A DNA stretch of 64,000 bases from a virus, in the IMG/VR virus record IMGVR_UViG_3300046543_000082, positions 16,257-80,256 of that record; one strand, given 5' to 3'. This document shows, piece after piece, positions 35,662 to 45,959 of the stretch (position 1 is its first letter; each line of letters starts with the position of its first letter). The position numbers were made by a program, and so were the translations under genes. Below the pieces are notes generated by a model. The model saw nothing but the letters and a program-made list of their open reading frames with translations. It did no database searches and was not told the DNA's origin.

Positions 35662-35883
35662 ATGAACAACAGTCAGTTCTGGCAGATCGCGATTTCGTCT
35701 GCCGTTGTCGGTGCCATACCGGCTATCAAATCAGTGGTTAGCGAGTGCCGCGCCAAGCGCCGCCGCGAAGGGAGACGCCCCTTTCTGTACGAATTGGCCT
35801 ACCGGTTGGGCAAACGCTGGTCGAGCCATAAGAGCCGCCTGCGTAGCTCGTTGCCCGATGCCGGTATAGGGAAGCGCGGATAG
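35662..35883 (+). CDS. Antisense small membrane protein (moron, candidate superinfection exclusion)
   Basis: AAGGGAG SD; hydrophobic N-terminus + basic tail; opposite strand to late operon. Confidence 0.55.
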   Translation: MNNSQFWQIAISSAVVGAIPAIKSVVSECRAKRRREGRRPFLYELAYRLGKRWSSHKSRLRSSLPDAGIGKRG

Positions 35884-37455
35884 CCCTGCTGCCGCGGCTG
35901 CCGCAAGGGTAGGAACACCAAATCCCGCTGCCGTCGCTCCGCCGCCACCTAATGCGCCGATAATTCCCATCAGCGCCGCGCGACCCGGCGTCCCGCTATC
36001 AGGATATTTCGAGCCGAGCACTTTTTGGCCAGCGCTCGACAAATCCTGCATGAGCGCATTCCCCGTTGCTGTCGCGCCCTTTCCGACCGACTTATCGGAG
36101 CTGCGCACGGCGTTCTGGAGTTGCCCGGCGGTGAAAATGCCGTCATTATTCATTGCACCTTGCGATCCGGCTGCAGCTCGAAGGCGCACGAATTTCGCAT
36201 ACGCCGCGTTGGCGTTCGAAAGATTCTGCACATCGGCAGGCGCGTTATAGCGCGTTAGCGATGTATCGATGGCGTTCTTAATTTCGCCGACAGCCTGGCC
36301 GAGTTGGCGATTATCGAACGACGCATCTCCGGTGTAGCCGCTTGCTATGCGCGACAATTCGCTCTGAGCACCCTTGAGCGTCGGTCCATCCATTTGTCCC
36401 TGCGGCCCAAGCTTACCCATCACCTGAGTTTTAAGGATATTCATGAACGTCTGCTGCTGCGGAGCGGGAAGGTTCTGAACCATTCCCGTAAGATTCGAGA
36501 TGTCCGATTGGAAGTGTGGATCGGTCGCCTTGAACGTCATGTTAGAAAGCGCGCCATCATAGGCATTGCTGATCTGAGACTTTACGGCTTGCACCGCGTC
36601 CTGCCCTACAGGCCCATCATAAGTCTTGCCAATCGGCGCTAGAACGTCGTTGTAGACAGCTTTATTGAAGCTTTGAACTGATCGCTGCTGAGCGTTCTTT
36701 ATCATGTCGCCGAGGATCGGGACGCTCGTGAGTTTGTCCTCGGTACGTGCGAATCCGCCGCCGAGCGTTTGGCCGGGCGTCATCGTCACGCCAGCATCTG
36801 CCAACGTCCTTTGCGCGGTTCCATTGGCGCCAGAAATGACCTTCCCCAGTGCATTTGCCAGCGTTGCGCCGACCGCGCCGAAAGCTGCGCCGGTGCCTGC
36901 TTGAGTGCCTTTCTGTTGCCAATAGCCTTCCTGGCTATTCGGATCAGAAGGCGTCATCGCCCCGCTTGCAGCACCTACAGCCGCGCCGGTTCCAATTCGA
37001 CCGAGTGCAGTTGCCGTAGCGGCGGCCGGCGCTAGAGTCGCCAACGGAGCAGTCGCAACGATATTGCCGCCGATCTTGCCCGCGGTATTCGTGAGCGGGT
37101 TCGCTGCCGCATAAGGCTGATTCTGAGTGTCTAAGTTCTTGACGCCCTGCTGCGCATCGTTGACGAGCCACGGACCAACATTGTCCGATCCCACCGCGCT
37201 CAGCCCTTTTCCAAGCAATTCTTGAGCGCCGAGAACGGTGTTTCCGAACCCATGTCCCAAGCCTGCGCCGAGCGATGCCAGATATCCAGGCGCTCCTTGT
37301 TGCGGAGGCTGCGGCGGTTGAGGCGGCTGAGCCGGAGGAGCAGATGCAGGTTGAGCACCAGATGCGGCTTGCGCATTGTTCGCAATCAGCGCATCCAGCG
37401 GAGACGCCTGCTGAGGCGCGGCATTACTCGCAATAAGATCATCCAAGGCGCTCAT
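35731..37455 (-). CDS. DNA ejection protein
   Basis: Start trimmed to MSALDD; Ala/Gly-rich, GV..TPGQ..G motif; third ejection gene position. Confidence 0.7.
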   Translation of the reverse strand: MSALDDLIASNAAPQQASPLDALIANNAQAASGAQPASAPPAQPPQPPQPPQQGAPGYLASLGAGLGHGFGNTVLGAQELLGKGLSAVGSDNVGPWLVNDAQQGVKNLDTQNQPYAAANPLTNTAGKIGGNIVATAPLATLAPAAATATALGRIGTGAAVGAASGAMTPSDPNSQEGYWQQKGTQAGTGAAFGAVGATLANALGKVISGANGTAQRTLADAGVTMTPGQTLGGGFARTEDKLTSVPILGDMIKNAQQRSVQSFNKAVYNDVLAPIGKTYDGPVGQDAVQAVKSQISNAYDGALSNMTFKATDPHFQSDISNLTGMVQNLPAPQQQTFMNILKTQVMGKLGPQGQMDGPTLKGAQSELSRIASGYTGDASFDNRQLGQAVGEIKNAIDTSLTRYNAPADVQNLSNANAAYAKFVRLRAAAGSQGAMNNDGIFTAGQLQNAVRSSDKSVGKGATATGNALMQDLSSAGQKVLGSKYPDSGTPGRAALMGIIGALGGGGATAAGFGVPTLAAAAAAGLSALPYTGIGQRATQAALMARPAFAQPVGQFVQKGASPFAAALGAALANH

Positions 37456-39344
37456 TTCAGAATCCCGTTCGAGACAGCCCATTCAAGCCGCTGACGCAAT
37501 TGCGGATTAGATGCCGCAGCTTTCAAAGCCTGCGCTTTTGCTGGACCGGTTGGCATGGAATTGAAGCTCGACACCTGATTGGCGACCGCGGGCGTCATGT
37601 TCTGATCGAACTGGTTTTCCTTCTGGTTGTATGCCTTGGCATCACCAGAGGTATAGGCGCCGGACAAGTAATCGGACTTCAGCAGACGCGTTTGAATCTG
37701 TCCGCGCAGTGTGTCAAGACCATTTTGAACCGCTTGTTTCGGTGCACCATACGAAGGAATCGAGCCGTAGACGAGATCGCGCGCTGCGTCTGAATTGATG
37801 CCGAGCTGAGAGCCGAGATTCGTCACAAGGTTGTCGCGCGACTTCTCATATTCGGCTGCGTTGGCGCTGAACAGGCCGGCGAACTTTGCTCCCGCAGGGC
37901 CGATTGTAGCCATCGAAGCACCCTGCGCAAGCTTCGACATGTTGTCCACGTCTTGAAGGGCTGCTGGCGCGCCAGAGCGAACTGTTTGCAGGTTCTGATA
38001 CGACTTCTGCATCGTATCCACTTGTCCTTTGACGGTTGCCTCGGCGTTGGCTTGGGCGCCCATCGGAGCACTTGCCGCAGGCCGGCCGGACGGCGCACTA
38101 CCTTGTCCGCTCCCGAAAACTCCGCTCGGGCCATTCTCGTGCAGCGCGATCGCCGTCGACAGAGCCTGGCGCTGAAGCGGGTTGGTCAGGTCGATTTTCT
38201 GGTTCGGCGGGATGCCAAGACGTTGCGAAACGTCTTTGATATACGCCTGCGTGTCGTTCTCGTTCGGAGGAGCCCATTTCGAGATAACATCGGAAATCGT
38301 GTTGACGCCCTGCTTACCGTAGCTCGCGAGATTGCCATCGAGAGCAGCCAAGCCCGTTTGCATGTCCGGGTATTGCGCCAGTTTCCCACCGGGCATCATC
38401 GCGCCGGGGTTGTTGTTGCGCACCGGAGCAGGAGCGCTCGGATTCGTTACCTGCGCCTCATTCGAATACTCCATTTGCTGCGTTTGCGGGTTATACACTT
38501 GAACCGGCTTGAACTGAGCGCCACCAGCCGCATTCGCTGAGGCGTTGCCCTGCATGACCCCCTGAGCGCCTTGAATCGGCTGCACCTTGGCGACGTTGCC
38601 AGATGCGTCGAAAAGAGGCGTCGAGCCGTCCGGGATCGCGGGATTGAATGCGACCGGTTGCTGAGTGAACGGATTACGCATGATGCCGGGGCCGGTAGTC
38701 GGCGCGACATAGCTGTCTTTTTGGAACTGAGCTTGATTTGCCTTCACCGGGTCGAAGCCGCCCTGTCGGGCCTGCATTGTAGCTGCGGTCGGCGCATATG
38801 CCGCAACAGTCGACTTGAACAGTTCCTTTTGCCCTTCCGGCGTCATATACATCATTGCTGCTGCGGTCGTCGGGATGCCGTTCGGATTCAGCGGACCACC
38901 GGGCGAAAGCAATCCTCCGCTCTGTTGCGGGGCAGCAGTTTGTGCCGGCGCCGTTGATCCGCTGCTGCCAAGTGCGCTTGCCAGCGCTTGCGGATTCGCG
39001 CTCGACGAGTCACTTGACCCATCCGAAGTGCCGCCAGTGCCAGACGATGCAGGAGGTGAACCAGTAAGAGCAGCCCATTGATTCTGTCCAAGCTGGTTGT
39101 ACCCCTGCGCGACGTTTTGCTGCATCTTCGCTGCCATCAGCGCTTGGCCCAATTGAGCCAACCCACCGACCGCACTGTACTTCGGCACGATCGAATATTG
39201 GCCCGATCCGACAGCCTGGGTGTTCTGCGGCTGGAAGGATTGCTGCATCAGAGCCTGCGCTAACGCCTGCTGCTGCTGAAGCTGATATGCGTTCCCCTGA
39301 AACTGCGGAAGAACCGTCATTCCCGGCATTGCTGCGCTAGCCAT
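37452..39344 (-). CDS. DNA ejection protein with lysozyme-like domain
   Basis: RNNNPG...G..AL..NL..Y...G.NTI..VISKWAPP.ENDT.AYI..V...HENG. Confidence 0.72.
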   Translation of the reverse strand: MASAAMPGMTVLPQFQGNAYQLQQQQALAQALMQQSFQPQNTQAVGSGQYSIVPKYSAVGGLAQLGQALMAAKMQQNVAQGYNQLGQNQWAALTGSPPASSGTGGTSDGSSDSSSANPQALASALGSSGSTAPAQTAAPQQSGGLLSPGGPLNPNGIPTTAAAMMYMTPEGQKELFKSTVAAYAPTAATMQARQGGFDPVKANQAQFQKDSYVAPTTGPGIMRNPFTQQPVAFNPAIPDGSTPLFDASGNVAKVQPIQGAQGVMQGNASANAAGGAQFKPVQVYNPQTQQMEYSNEAQVTNPSAPAPVRNNNPGAMMPGGKLAQYPDMQTGLAALDGNLASYGKQGVNTISDVISKWAPPNENDTQAYIKDVSQRLGIPPNQKIDLTNPLQRQALSTAIALHENGPSGVFGSGQGSAPSGRPAASAPMGAQANAEATVKGQVDTMQKSYQNLQTVRSGAPAALQDVDNMSKLAQGASMATIGPAGAKFAGLFSANAAEYEKSRDNLVTNLGSQLGINSDAARDLVYGSIPSYGAPKQAVQNGLDTLRGQIQTRLLKSDYLSGAYTSGDAKAYNQKENQFDQNMTPAVANQVSSFNSMPTGPAKAQALKAAASNPQLRQRLEWAVSNGILK

Positions 39345-40431
39345 AGATGTTCCCCTGATTCAATGCGTATGCAAGTGCTTGCCTGCGCTGCTGATCGCGC
39401 GCGAGGTTTTGCTGAAGCGATTGCGTATTCGCCACGTTTTGCTGATTCATCGCGTAGTTCATCAGCGCAGCGTTACTCGGGCTGAAGTTATTTTGGTTCG
39501 CCGCCTGCTGATTCTGTTGCGATTGCTGCTGATTGTTCTTGCTCTGCTGGCTTAGCATCTGCTGCGCCATGTTCATGAAGGTGCTGTTATTCAGCAATCC
39601 GCCCATCGACGCGCCACCGATCGACGAGCCGCCTGCGGACGCACCAGACAGGCCGCCTCCGAGCGCACCGCTGGCCGTGCCGCTCATGCCGCCACCAGGA
39701 AGCAAGCCGCTAAATAGACCGGTAGGTGACGACCCGAGAGCGCCCCCCATATCGCCGGCCATTGCCCCGCCAAGCCCTGAGCCGCCCGCCGAGACAGTGC
39801 CGGTCAAGCCAGCGTCGCCGAATGCAGCCGGGCCGCTGAACAAGCCTGTCAATCCGCCAGCACCGCCCGTAATCCCACCGGTCGCGGCGGCATCTGTTCC
39901 TAGACCAGTCCCTAATGCAGTCCCAGCAGTCGTGCTGCCACCCAAGCCACCAGCGCCGAATAGACCAGATAAGCCGCCGCCTCCGAACAGTCCGCCGCCC
40001 CCAGCCGCCGCAGCGCCTCCGATACCTGCATCAGCGGCGCCCGCAGCACCTGCGCCGGCTGCTGCACCCGCTCCGCTTCCTCCTGCTGCGCCCAATGCAC
40101 CACCCAATGCGCCGCCAGTGAACGCCGAGCCGATCCCGATCCCGATCGCATCGCCGGGCTTCGCATATGCCGTGTTTGCTAGGTTGTTGACGATTCCAAT
40201 TTTGCGCAACGGATTGACAGCAGAATCCATCTTGTTAATCGGCTGCGCGATCGGCTGGAGCACCTGATTCGTCATCTTCGGAATCTGATGCGACGTGAGG
40301 TTCACCCACTTATCGCCGATCCCGCCGGGAATCCATGCGATAGGATCAGTCCACTTTTGGATTTTCCCGCCGATAGCGCCAATCGGCGAATCTTGGTTGC
40401 CAGCGCTGAGCGAATTTCCGAAGACGCCCAT
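39337..40431 (-). CDS. Gly/Ala-rich ejection protein
   Basis: Low-complexity G/A middle, Q/N-rich C-terminus; synteny. Confidence 0.6.
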   Translation of the reverse strand: MGVFGNSLSAGNQDSPIGAIGGKIQKWTDPIAWIPGGIGDKWVNLTSHQIPKMTNQVLQPIAQPINKMDSAVNPLRKIGIVNNLANTAYAKPGDAIGIGIGSAFTGGALGGALGAAGGSGAGAAAGAGAAGAADAGIGGAAAAGGGGLFGGGGLSGLFGAGGLGGSTTAGTALGTGLGTDAAATGGITGGAGGLTGLFSGPAAFGDAGLTGTVSAGGSGLGGAMAGDMGGALGSSPTGLFSGLLPGGGMSGTASGALGGGLSGASAGGSSIGGASMGGLLNNSTFMNMAQQMLSQQSKNNQQQSQQNQQAANQNNFSPSNAALMNYAMNQQNVANTQSLQQNLARDQQRRQALAYALNQGNIYG

Positions 40432-42162
40432 TTAAGCCGCCATTTGGTAGTTGACGCGATCGAAGCCGTCGGCGCCGCGGCGCACAGCCTGCGGAGCAAT
40501 CTTGCGCACCTCGTCTGCCATGAACCCAAGATGCCGGACGTTCTTCGGTTCCCACATGTACCGGTAGGTATAGACGCCCAACCCATTCGCCCATGTCCCA
40601 ACGCGCCTGATGGAGCGCTTTGCGCGACGATCGGACATCATCATGCCCATGATGCCGGCAGAGCCAAGACCGAATAGACCGCTCATCATGTTGTTGGAAC
40701 TAGCTTGTCCTGCGTTGTAACCAGCGAGTTGACCTTGATACTGGTTGTTGTAGAGGCCGGCCATGTCCGCTGGAGCCGCACTGCTCTGTCCGGTGCCCGA
40801 ATACCCTGGGATCAGGCTCGCGATACTGCCGAGTTGCGAGTATGGGAGGTTCGCATTCGAGGAAAGCTGGCCCATTAACCCGGATTGCGCGCCATATGTG
40901 TTGCCTTGCTGACCGTACAAAGCGCCAGCGTTGGAAATGTTGCTACCCTGAAGGCCGTACAATCCGGCCTGCTGCCCGGTGAGTCCTGCCTGCTGCCCGT
41001 AGAGTCCTGCCTGCTGGCCCGTGATCCCCGTCTGTTGGCCGACAAGACCTGCCTGTTGACCGGTAAGCCCGCTTTGCTGGCCGATAAGACCGGCCTGAGC
41101 GCCAAGCATGTTTCCTTGCTGACCATACAGATTCGCCGAGTTCATCAGGTTCGAACCCTGCTGGCCGAGCAATCCGGCTTGGGTATTGATGCCGGAAATC
41201 TGATTTTGCAAATTCTGGGCGCCGAGTTGCGATCCGGTCATGATCGCTTGGTTCTGCGCGTTGCTATATGCCTGCTGCTTCGTGTTATTGAAGTTCGTCT
41301 GAGCGTTGTTGTACGCCTCTGAACCTGGGGTCAGTCCTTGATTGGCAAGCTGCGCGCTCAGCGATTCGCCCTGCTGGGAGAATTGTGGATTCAGATATTG
41401 CGTCTGCGCCGCATAGGCCGCGTTTTGCCCCTGCTGCTGCGCGGCCTTGGCTGCTCCCTGATCGAGTTGCGACCCGAGGCCGCCAAGCTGACCATTGATG
41501 CCGCCTAATTGAGACTGAAGCGAATTCAGCCCCCCGCCGAGCGATGCATATTGAGAGCCTAGATTCCCCAACCCTTGGGACTGTCCAGCGTAGGCTCCGT
41601 TGAGTCCATAAAGCGATTGCGTTTGATCGCCGTAGTTATTGTTCAGCCCGTTAAGACCGTGGCTGATGTCGCCGTACTGGTTATTTAGATTGCTAATACC
41701 TTGGTTAAGCCCAAGCTGCTGCTGCGCCAAGCCGGAGAACTGGTAACCGAGGCCGTTGTAATTGTTGTTAAGCGAATAAAGACCGGTGAGAGCATCCTGA
41801 TTCACCTGTCCACTATTCGATGCCTGCCCGAGAAGACCATTAAGGGCGCCGGTGAGTTGCGGGTTAGCGCTTACCTGAGTGTTGTAGATCGGTGCGCCGG
41901 TCTTCGGATCGGTGCCGGTCTGCGTGGTCTGTTGAGAACCAAACGGATTGTTATAGTTGTTGAGATTCAGCGCTTTGTTGTAGGCGGCAGTATCCGTATT
42001 CGTCTGTGTTGTGGCTGCTGCGACCTTCGCAGGATCAGGCGGCGGTGGCGCGCTTCCACCGCCGCCGCCGCTCTTGCCTTCCAATGTTTCCGGGCGATTC
42101 TTGAACAGCGCTCGGCGAAATGCGAGCGCCGGCAAATCAGGCTGATCGAAGTAATGCCGCAT
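40432..42162 (-). CDS. DNA ejection/pilot protein with heptad repeats and C-terminal peptidase S74-like domain
   Basis: Leader ending TLEGKSGGGGGS; GQQAGLx repeats; MSDRRAK...GFMADEV...VNY. Confidence 0.72.
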   Translation of the reverse strand: MRHYFDQPDLPALAFRRALFKNRPETLEGKSGGGGGSAPPPPDPAKVAAATTQTNTDTAAYNKALNLNNYNNPFGSQQTTQTGTDPKTGAPIYNTQVSANPQLTGALNGLLGQASNSGQVNQDALTGLYSLNNNYNGLGYQFSGLAQQQLGLNQGISNLNNQYGDISHGLNGLNNNYGDQTQSLYGLNGAYAGQSQGLGNLGSQYASLGGGLNSLQSQLGGINGQLGGLGSQLDQGAAKAAQQQGQNAAYAAQTQYLNPQFSQQGESLSAQLANQGLTPGSEAYNNAQTNFNNTKQQAYSNAQNQAIMTGSQLGAQNLQNQISGINTQAGLLGQQGSNLMNSANLYGQQGNMLGAQAGLIGQQSGLTGQQAGLVGQQTGITGQQAGLYGQQAGLTGQQAGLYGLQGSNISNAGALYGQQGNTYGAQSGLMGQLSSNANLPYSQLGSIASLIPGYSGTGQSSAAPADMAGLYNNQYQGQLAGYNAGQASSNNMMSGLFGLGSAGIMGMMMSDRRAKRSIRRVGTWANGLGVYTYRYMWEPKNVRHLGFMADEVRKIAPQAVRRGADGFDRVNYQMAA

Positions 42163-42583
42163 GATGTTTCCCTTCTAGGAAGCGGCACTCTCGTTTGAGC
42201 ATGCCATAAATTATAAGATCAGAACCGTCAGCGCATCCTTCCCGCATGATGCCTTCCTGCATAAAACCAAGATGCTGTACGAAGCGGCGCGAATCACAAT
42301 TATCGGCACGCACGTTTGCAGTAATGCGAGAGCATCGGATTTGTAGAAATGGATACCGGAAGATGGAAGACAGGTATGCCGGCGTTAGCCAATGGCGCGA
42401 CCCGTCAGAAGCGATATGCGTATGAACGGAGATGCCGGTATAGCATTCGTATAAAACCCCAGCGACGAGTTCGCCGTCTTTCTCAAGTCCTATCGCCGTG
42501 TAGTTGAATAGCTCTTTCTCGCCGACGCGCTCAGCCACGAAGCGCATGACGCGCTCCGGTTGATCCCACACAATTCGCTTCAT
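42137..42583 (-). CDS. GNAT acetyltransferase-like protein
   Basis: IF.YPF.Q..C.RITA.V..DN..S.RF..HLGF..EG..R..D...YGML..ECR. Confidence 0.75.
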   Translation of the reverse strand: MKRIVWDQPERVMRFVAERVGEKELFNYTAIGLEKDGELVAGVLYECYTGISVHTHIASDGSRHWLTPAYLSSIFRYPFLQIRCSRITANVRADNCDSRRFVQHLGFMQEGIMREGCADGSDLIIYGMLKRECRFLEGKHHAALLRSA

Positions 42584-44160
42584 ACGGTCCAGCCGGTCTC
42601 AAACACGATGTCAGAGGCCGCCCAGTGCGTCTCTGTACCGTTGATGGCTGCCTTGAGGGTTGGCGATCCAGTCATGCCGACGCCAACGACGCCCTGCCAT
42701 GCCTTGGCGATCTGAAGCGAGCCGCCCCAGATGCCAGAATCCCAAATGGCGCTATCCCATATGCCGAAGTTGGTCGGGAGGTAATTTAGCGTTGAATTCG
42801 GGATGTTCTGGTCATAGTCGACGTTGATTCCGGCCGCTAGGGCTGGCGCACCGTTCGTCCACAGGATCGGTCGCATCATCGTGAAGCGCTTCTGAAGCGG
42901 CGTCCCGAACTCGTTGAATGCCTGCTGCGCTATGGTGTTGATGTTCGTGCTGTTGTCAGATAAGCCATTCCATGCAAGGCCGACATATCCAGTGCTCGCG
43001 AAGTAAATCTGATCTTTGTAGCGTTCCCAATGATTCGCGTTCCAACCCGTGAAGTTGCACCACGCGCCGGTGATCGTGTTCATGACGTATTGCTGCTGCT
43101 GCCCTGACCCAATAGGGATATTCAGAATCAGCATGTTCTCCAGAGGAAAGAGAACGAGACACCACCCGTAATTGTTCGGGTAAAGGCTAGTCGCTTGGGA
43201 AATCGCGCCCTGAATCTTCCCGGTCAGGTTCAAGTTGCTGTTGACGCGGGTCGAACCAAGCAATGCAGAGATCGGGCCAAGGCCGTCTTTGCCGATGTAG
43301 AGCAGATCGCCGCCGTACTTCATGAACGATCGGAAGCCCATCGGCGTACCGACCTGATATGTGCCTTTCTTCGCGAATGTGGATGCCTGGGAAGGGTCTG
43401 TGCCGCCATAGACGGCAATCTCGCCTTCGCTGGTCGCGAGCACGAGATAATCCTGCATTCCTTCGCCACCGTCGACAGTCCAGATACCCATCGCGACAAG
43501 GAAGCCGCCTCGCTTGAAGATCGGCGAAAAGTCGAATTGTGACGCCGCACCGCCAACCTGGCCGACCGGGAGATACCATGCGTGGAGGGTATTCTTTTCG
43601 ATAAACCAGACGCGCGAGGCGAAGACTTCGACAAATGACAGATTGTTCGGATTGACGCCGGTGATCGAAATAGGCGTCGAACTCGAAGTGACGTTCTGCC
43701 AAGTCGTGCCGTTATAGACGTAATATCCATCCTGCCCATTCACAAGACACATGAACGGGCCGGCGCTCGTCGCAAAGTTGGTGTATGACCATTTGTCGTT
43801 AGTGAATCCGGTAACGGAAGGCGCGCCGATTGCGCCGCCGCCGCTGATGTCGTAGATGGACGCACCAGACGCCGCGAATAGCTTGCTGGTGCCTGTTGCC
43901 GGGTTGAACGGCATGACCGTGTTGACGTCGCCCGCAAACCCAGTCGCCCACTTCGTGAAGCCTGCGCGACCCATCACATCGGAAGTCGTAGGAAACCAGT
44001 TCGTGAGCGTTACGGCATCTTCGGGCGGCATCTGTGCGAGCGAATCACGCGCATTCCAGCCACCAATAGGCGCCGGGAGATTGACCGTGGTCGAGCGCTG
44101 CCCTTGGGCCTGCCTGCGCGCGCGCTGGGCCGCTGCTGCAATACCCGTGATATTGGTCAT
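42580..44160 (-). CDS. Tail hub/nozzle (DNA stabilisation) protein
   Basis: LPAPIGGWNARD.L..M...DA..L.NWFP motif; beta-rich. Confidence 0.65.
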   Translation of the reverse strand: MTNITGIAAAAQRARRQAQGQRSTTVNLPAPIGGWNARDSLAQMPPEDAVTLTNWFPTTSDVMGRAGFTKWATGFAGDVNTVMPFNPATGTSKLFAASGASIYDISGGGAIGAPSVTGFTNDKWSYTNFATSAGPFMCLVNGQDGYYVYNGTTWQNVTSSSTPISITGVNPNNLSFVEVFASRVWFIEKNTLHAWYLPVGQVGGAASQFDFSPIFKRGGFLVAMGIWTVDGGEGMQDYLVLATSEGEIAVYGGTDPSQASTFAKKGTYQVGTPMGFRSFMKYGGDLLYIGKDGLGPISALLGSTRVNSNLNLTGKIQGAISQATSLYPNNYGWCLVLFPLENMLILNIPIGSGQQQQYVMNTITGAWCNFTGWNANHWERYKDQIYFASTGYVGLAWNGLSDNSTNINTIAQQAFNEFGTPLQKRFTMMRPILWTNGAPALAAGINVDYDQNIPNSTLNYLPTNFGIWDSAIWDSGIWGGSLQIAKAWQGVVGVGMTGSPTLKAAINGTETHWAASDIVFETGWTV

Positions 44161-45077
44161 TGAGTCATGCCGTAGTTCGAGTCCGGGATGTTCTCCGGCC
44201 CAAGCAGGACTTGGCTAAGCCGCGGCGCGAACGAAAGCATCGGCGCGCCTTGTTCTTCGCCCTTGATCGACGAAAGGATGGCGTCGTATTCCGCCTGCAA
44301 AATCTGCGTCTCGAAGCCCTTGATGCCGAAGTACTTCAGCTTCAGACCGGCGACCATCAGCCTGTCATCGAACTGGCACGTATCGGTGTCGCTCGTGAAC
44401 GAGCCTTTCGGCGTCCCGCTGACATCCGTCACCCAGTATTTCGAGACATACTCGAAGCCGAGGTATTCAGACGTGCTAACGCCCGGCCAAATCTGAAAGG
44501 TGTTGCCGAGGATTCGCCAACGGATGCGCGGGCCGGTCGCGATATAGCCGGATTTCAGCCATTGCCACTGTTGCGGGCTTTCCGGCCCGAGCATTTCCCA
44601 GTGCTTCGACTTATCCCATTGCGTACGGTCGATGATGCGCTGGTAGTCCGCCGGGAACGCGTACTTGGTCTGCGCGAACGTCAGCGTTACGCCAGTTCCA
44701 CTCGCCGCGGCCGCCTGGCTCATCGTCACCTGCGTCGACGAATCAACCGATTGGACGTACGTGTCCTGATTGATGCCGCTTCCGGTCACCATGTACGTGC
44801 CGGCGACAATCCCGGCTGTCGATGGAATGCCCGTGATGACGGCCGAGCCGCCCGTCACGTTGCCGGTCTGGATCGCCCATTGACTGGTGAAACGGTATTC
44901 GGTCGTCAGAGCCTGCCAATTGAATGCAGGCTCGCGAATCAAGTCGTAGCCGACCGCGTTGAGCAACGCAAGCTGCTGCGTCGTGTCTTGGGCTGTATTG
45001 CCCGCAACTGAAAACGGCACAGCAAGCCCCAATTCTCCGGTAGCCTGCTGCACAAGCTGCAACATGGTCGACGACAT
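44157..45077 (-). CDS. Head-tail adaptor protein
   Basis: TMLQLVQQA..ELGL...QLLALLN..G..L; GP.SPQQWQ.LK. Confidence 0.65.
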   Translation of the reverse strand: MSSTMLQLVQQATGELGLAVPFSVAGNTAQDTTQQLALLNAVGYDLIREPAFNWQALTTEYRFTSQWAIQTGNVTGGSAVITGIPSTAGIVAGTYMVTGSGINQDTYVQSVDSSTQVTMSQAAAASGTGVTLTFAQTKYAFPADYQRIIDRTQWDKSKHWEMLGPESPQQWQWLKSGYIATGPRIRWRILGNTFQIWPGVSTSEYLGFEYVSKYWVTDVSGTPKGSFTSDTDTCQFDDRLMVAGLKLKYFGIKGFETQILQAEYDAILSSIKGEEQGAPMLSFAPRLSQVLLGPENIPDSNYGMTQ

Positions 45078-45080
45078 GGA

Positions 45081-45677
45081 TTACGCCTCTTTCCGGGGAC
45101 GGCCGGGACCGCGCTTTTCGGGGTCCATCGCTTGCATTGCTTCGAGTTGCGAGCCGAGCCGCAGCACAGTCGCCTTCAGGTCTTCGATTTCCTGATTGCG
45201 GAGCATGAGGTCTTCGGCCTGCTTCTGAGCGAGGGACGAGTCTTTCGCCGAAGCGATGTAGGCTGCCGCCTTCGTGCGCATCTCGTAGCAGCCCATGCCG
45301 ATGCGCTGGCATTGCTGGTCGGAGCATTCGGCCAATTGCTCGACCGTATGGAATTCGAGCGCCTTCAGCTTCGCCACCGTCGCAACATCCAGGCGCGGCC
45401 AATCTTCAATCGGCGTGCCGGATTCAGGGCGATAGGTCGTGCGGCGCTCGTATGCCGCCCACTGATGCGGCCATTCGTCCTTGTCCTCGTCGCGCATCGG
45501 CCGCTCGATGACGTTCGTTGGATCGCCCGGATTGCACTTCTTGATCATGGGAATCAGATCGAATTCGGGCTTTCCGCTCTCTTTGCTGCGGAATTCGTTG
45601 AAGCGCTTGCCAGGGTAAAACTCGACCCACAGACCAGCCTTCGGGTTCTGCGAATCACTTTCCAGTGCTTGGTACAT
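45081..45677 (-). CDS. Conserved phage protein with AT-hook-like C-terminus
   Basis: GTP.E.WP, TVEQLA..SD, KRGPGRPRK. Confidence 0.6.
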   Translation of the reverse strand: MYQALESDSQNPKAGLWVEFYPGKRFNEFRSKESGKPEFDLIPMIKKCNPGDPTNVIERPMRDEDKDEWPHQWAAYERRTTYRPESGTPIEDWPRLDVATVAKLKALEFHTVEQLAECSDQQCQRIGMGCYEMRTKAAAYIASAKDSSLAQKQAEDLMLRNQEIEDLKATVLRLGSQLEAMQAMDPEKRGPGRPRKEA

Positions 45678-45701
45678 GCTTTTCTCCGTGGGTATGTCTT
45701 G

Positions 45702-45899
45702 TTATGCGGCCGGCGTTTCAACCGATGCGACTACAGCCTCGACTTCTGTCTTCACCGCTTCGACAGGCTTGGCTGCTTCTGCGACGGCATGTTCTAGAAC
45801 CGTGTCGGCAAACGGGATCGGATTCAAAGAACCATTCACCTTCGCCAGTGCGCGCGCCATCAGATGCACGAAATCCTTCATCTCTTGGGTCAGATTCAT
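45702..45899 (-). CDS. Small hypothetical protein
   Basis: Start trimmed to MNLTQEM after GGAG SD. Confidence 0.5.
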   Translation of the reverse strand: MNLTQEMKDFVHLMARALAKVNGSLNPIPFADTVLEHAVAEAAKPVEAVKTEVEAVVASVETPAA

Positions 45900-45909
45900 T
45901 TCAAGCTCC

Positions 45910-45937
45910 AAAAAAAGGGGCGCCATATAGACGCCCC
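45910..45937 (-). terminator. Intrinsic terminator after head genes
   Basis: GGGGCG/CGCCCC stem + T7 on minus strand. Confidence 0.7.
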
Positions 45938-45959
45938 AAAGGTGCCACGGGAGAAACTG

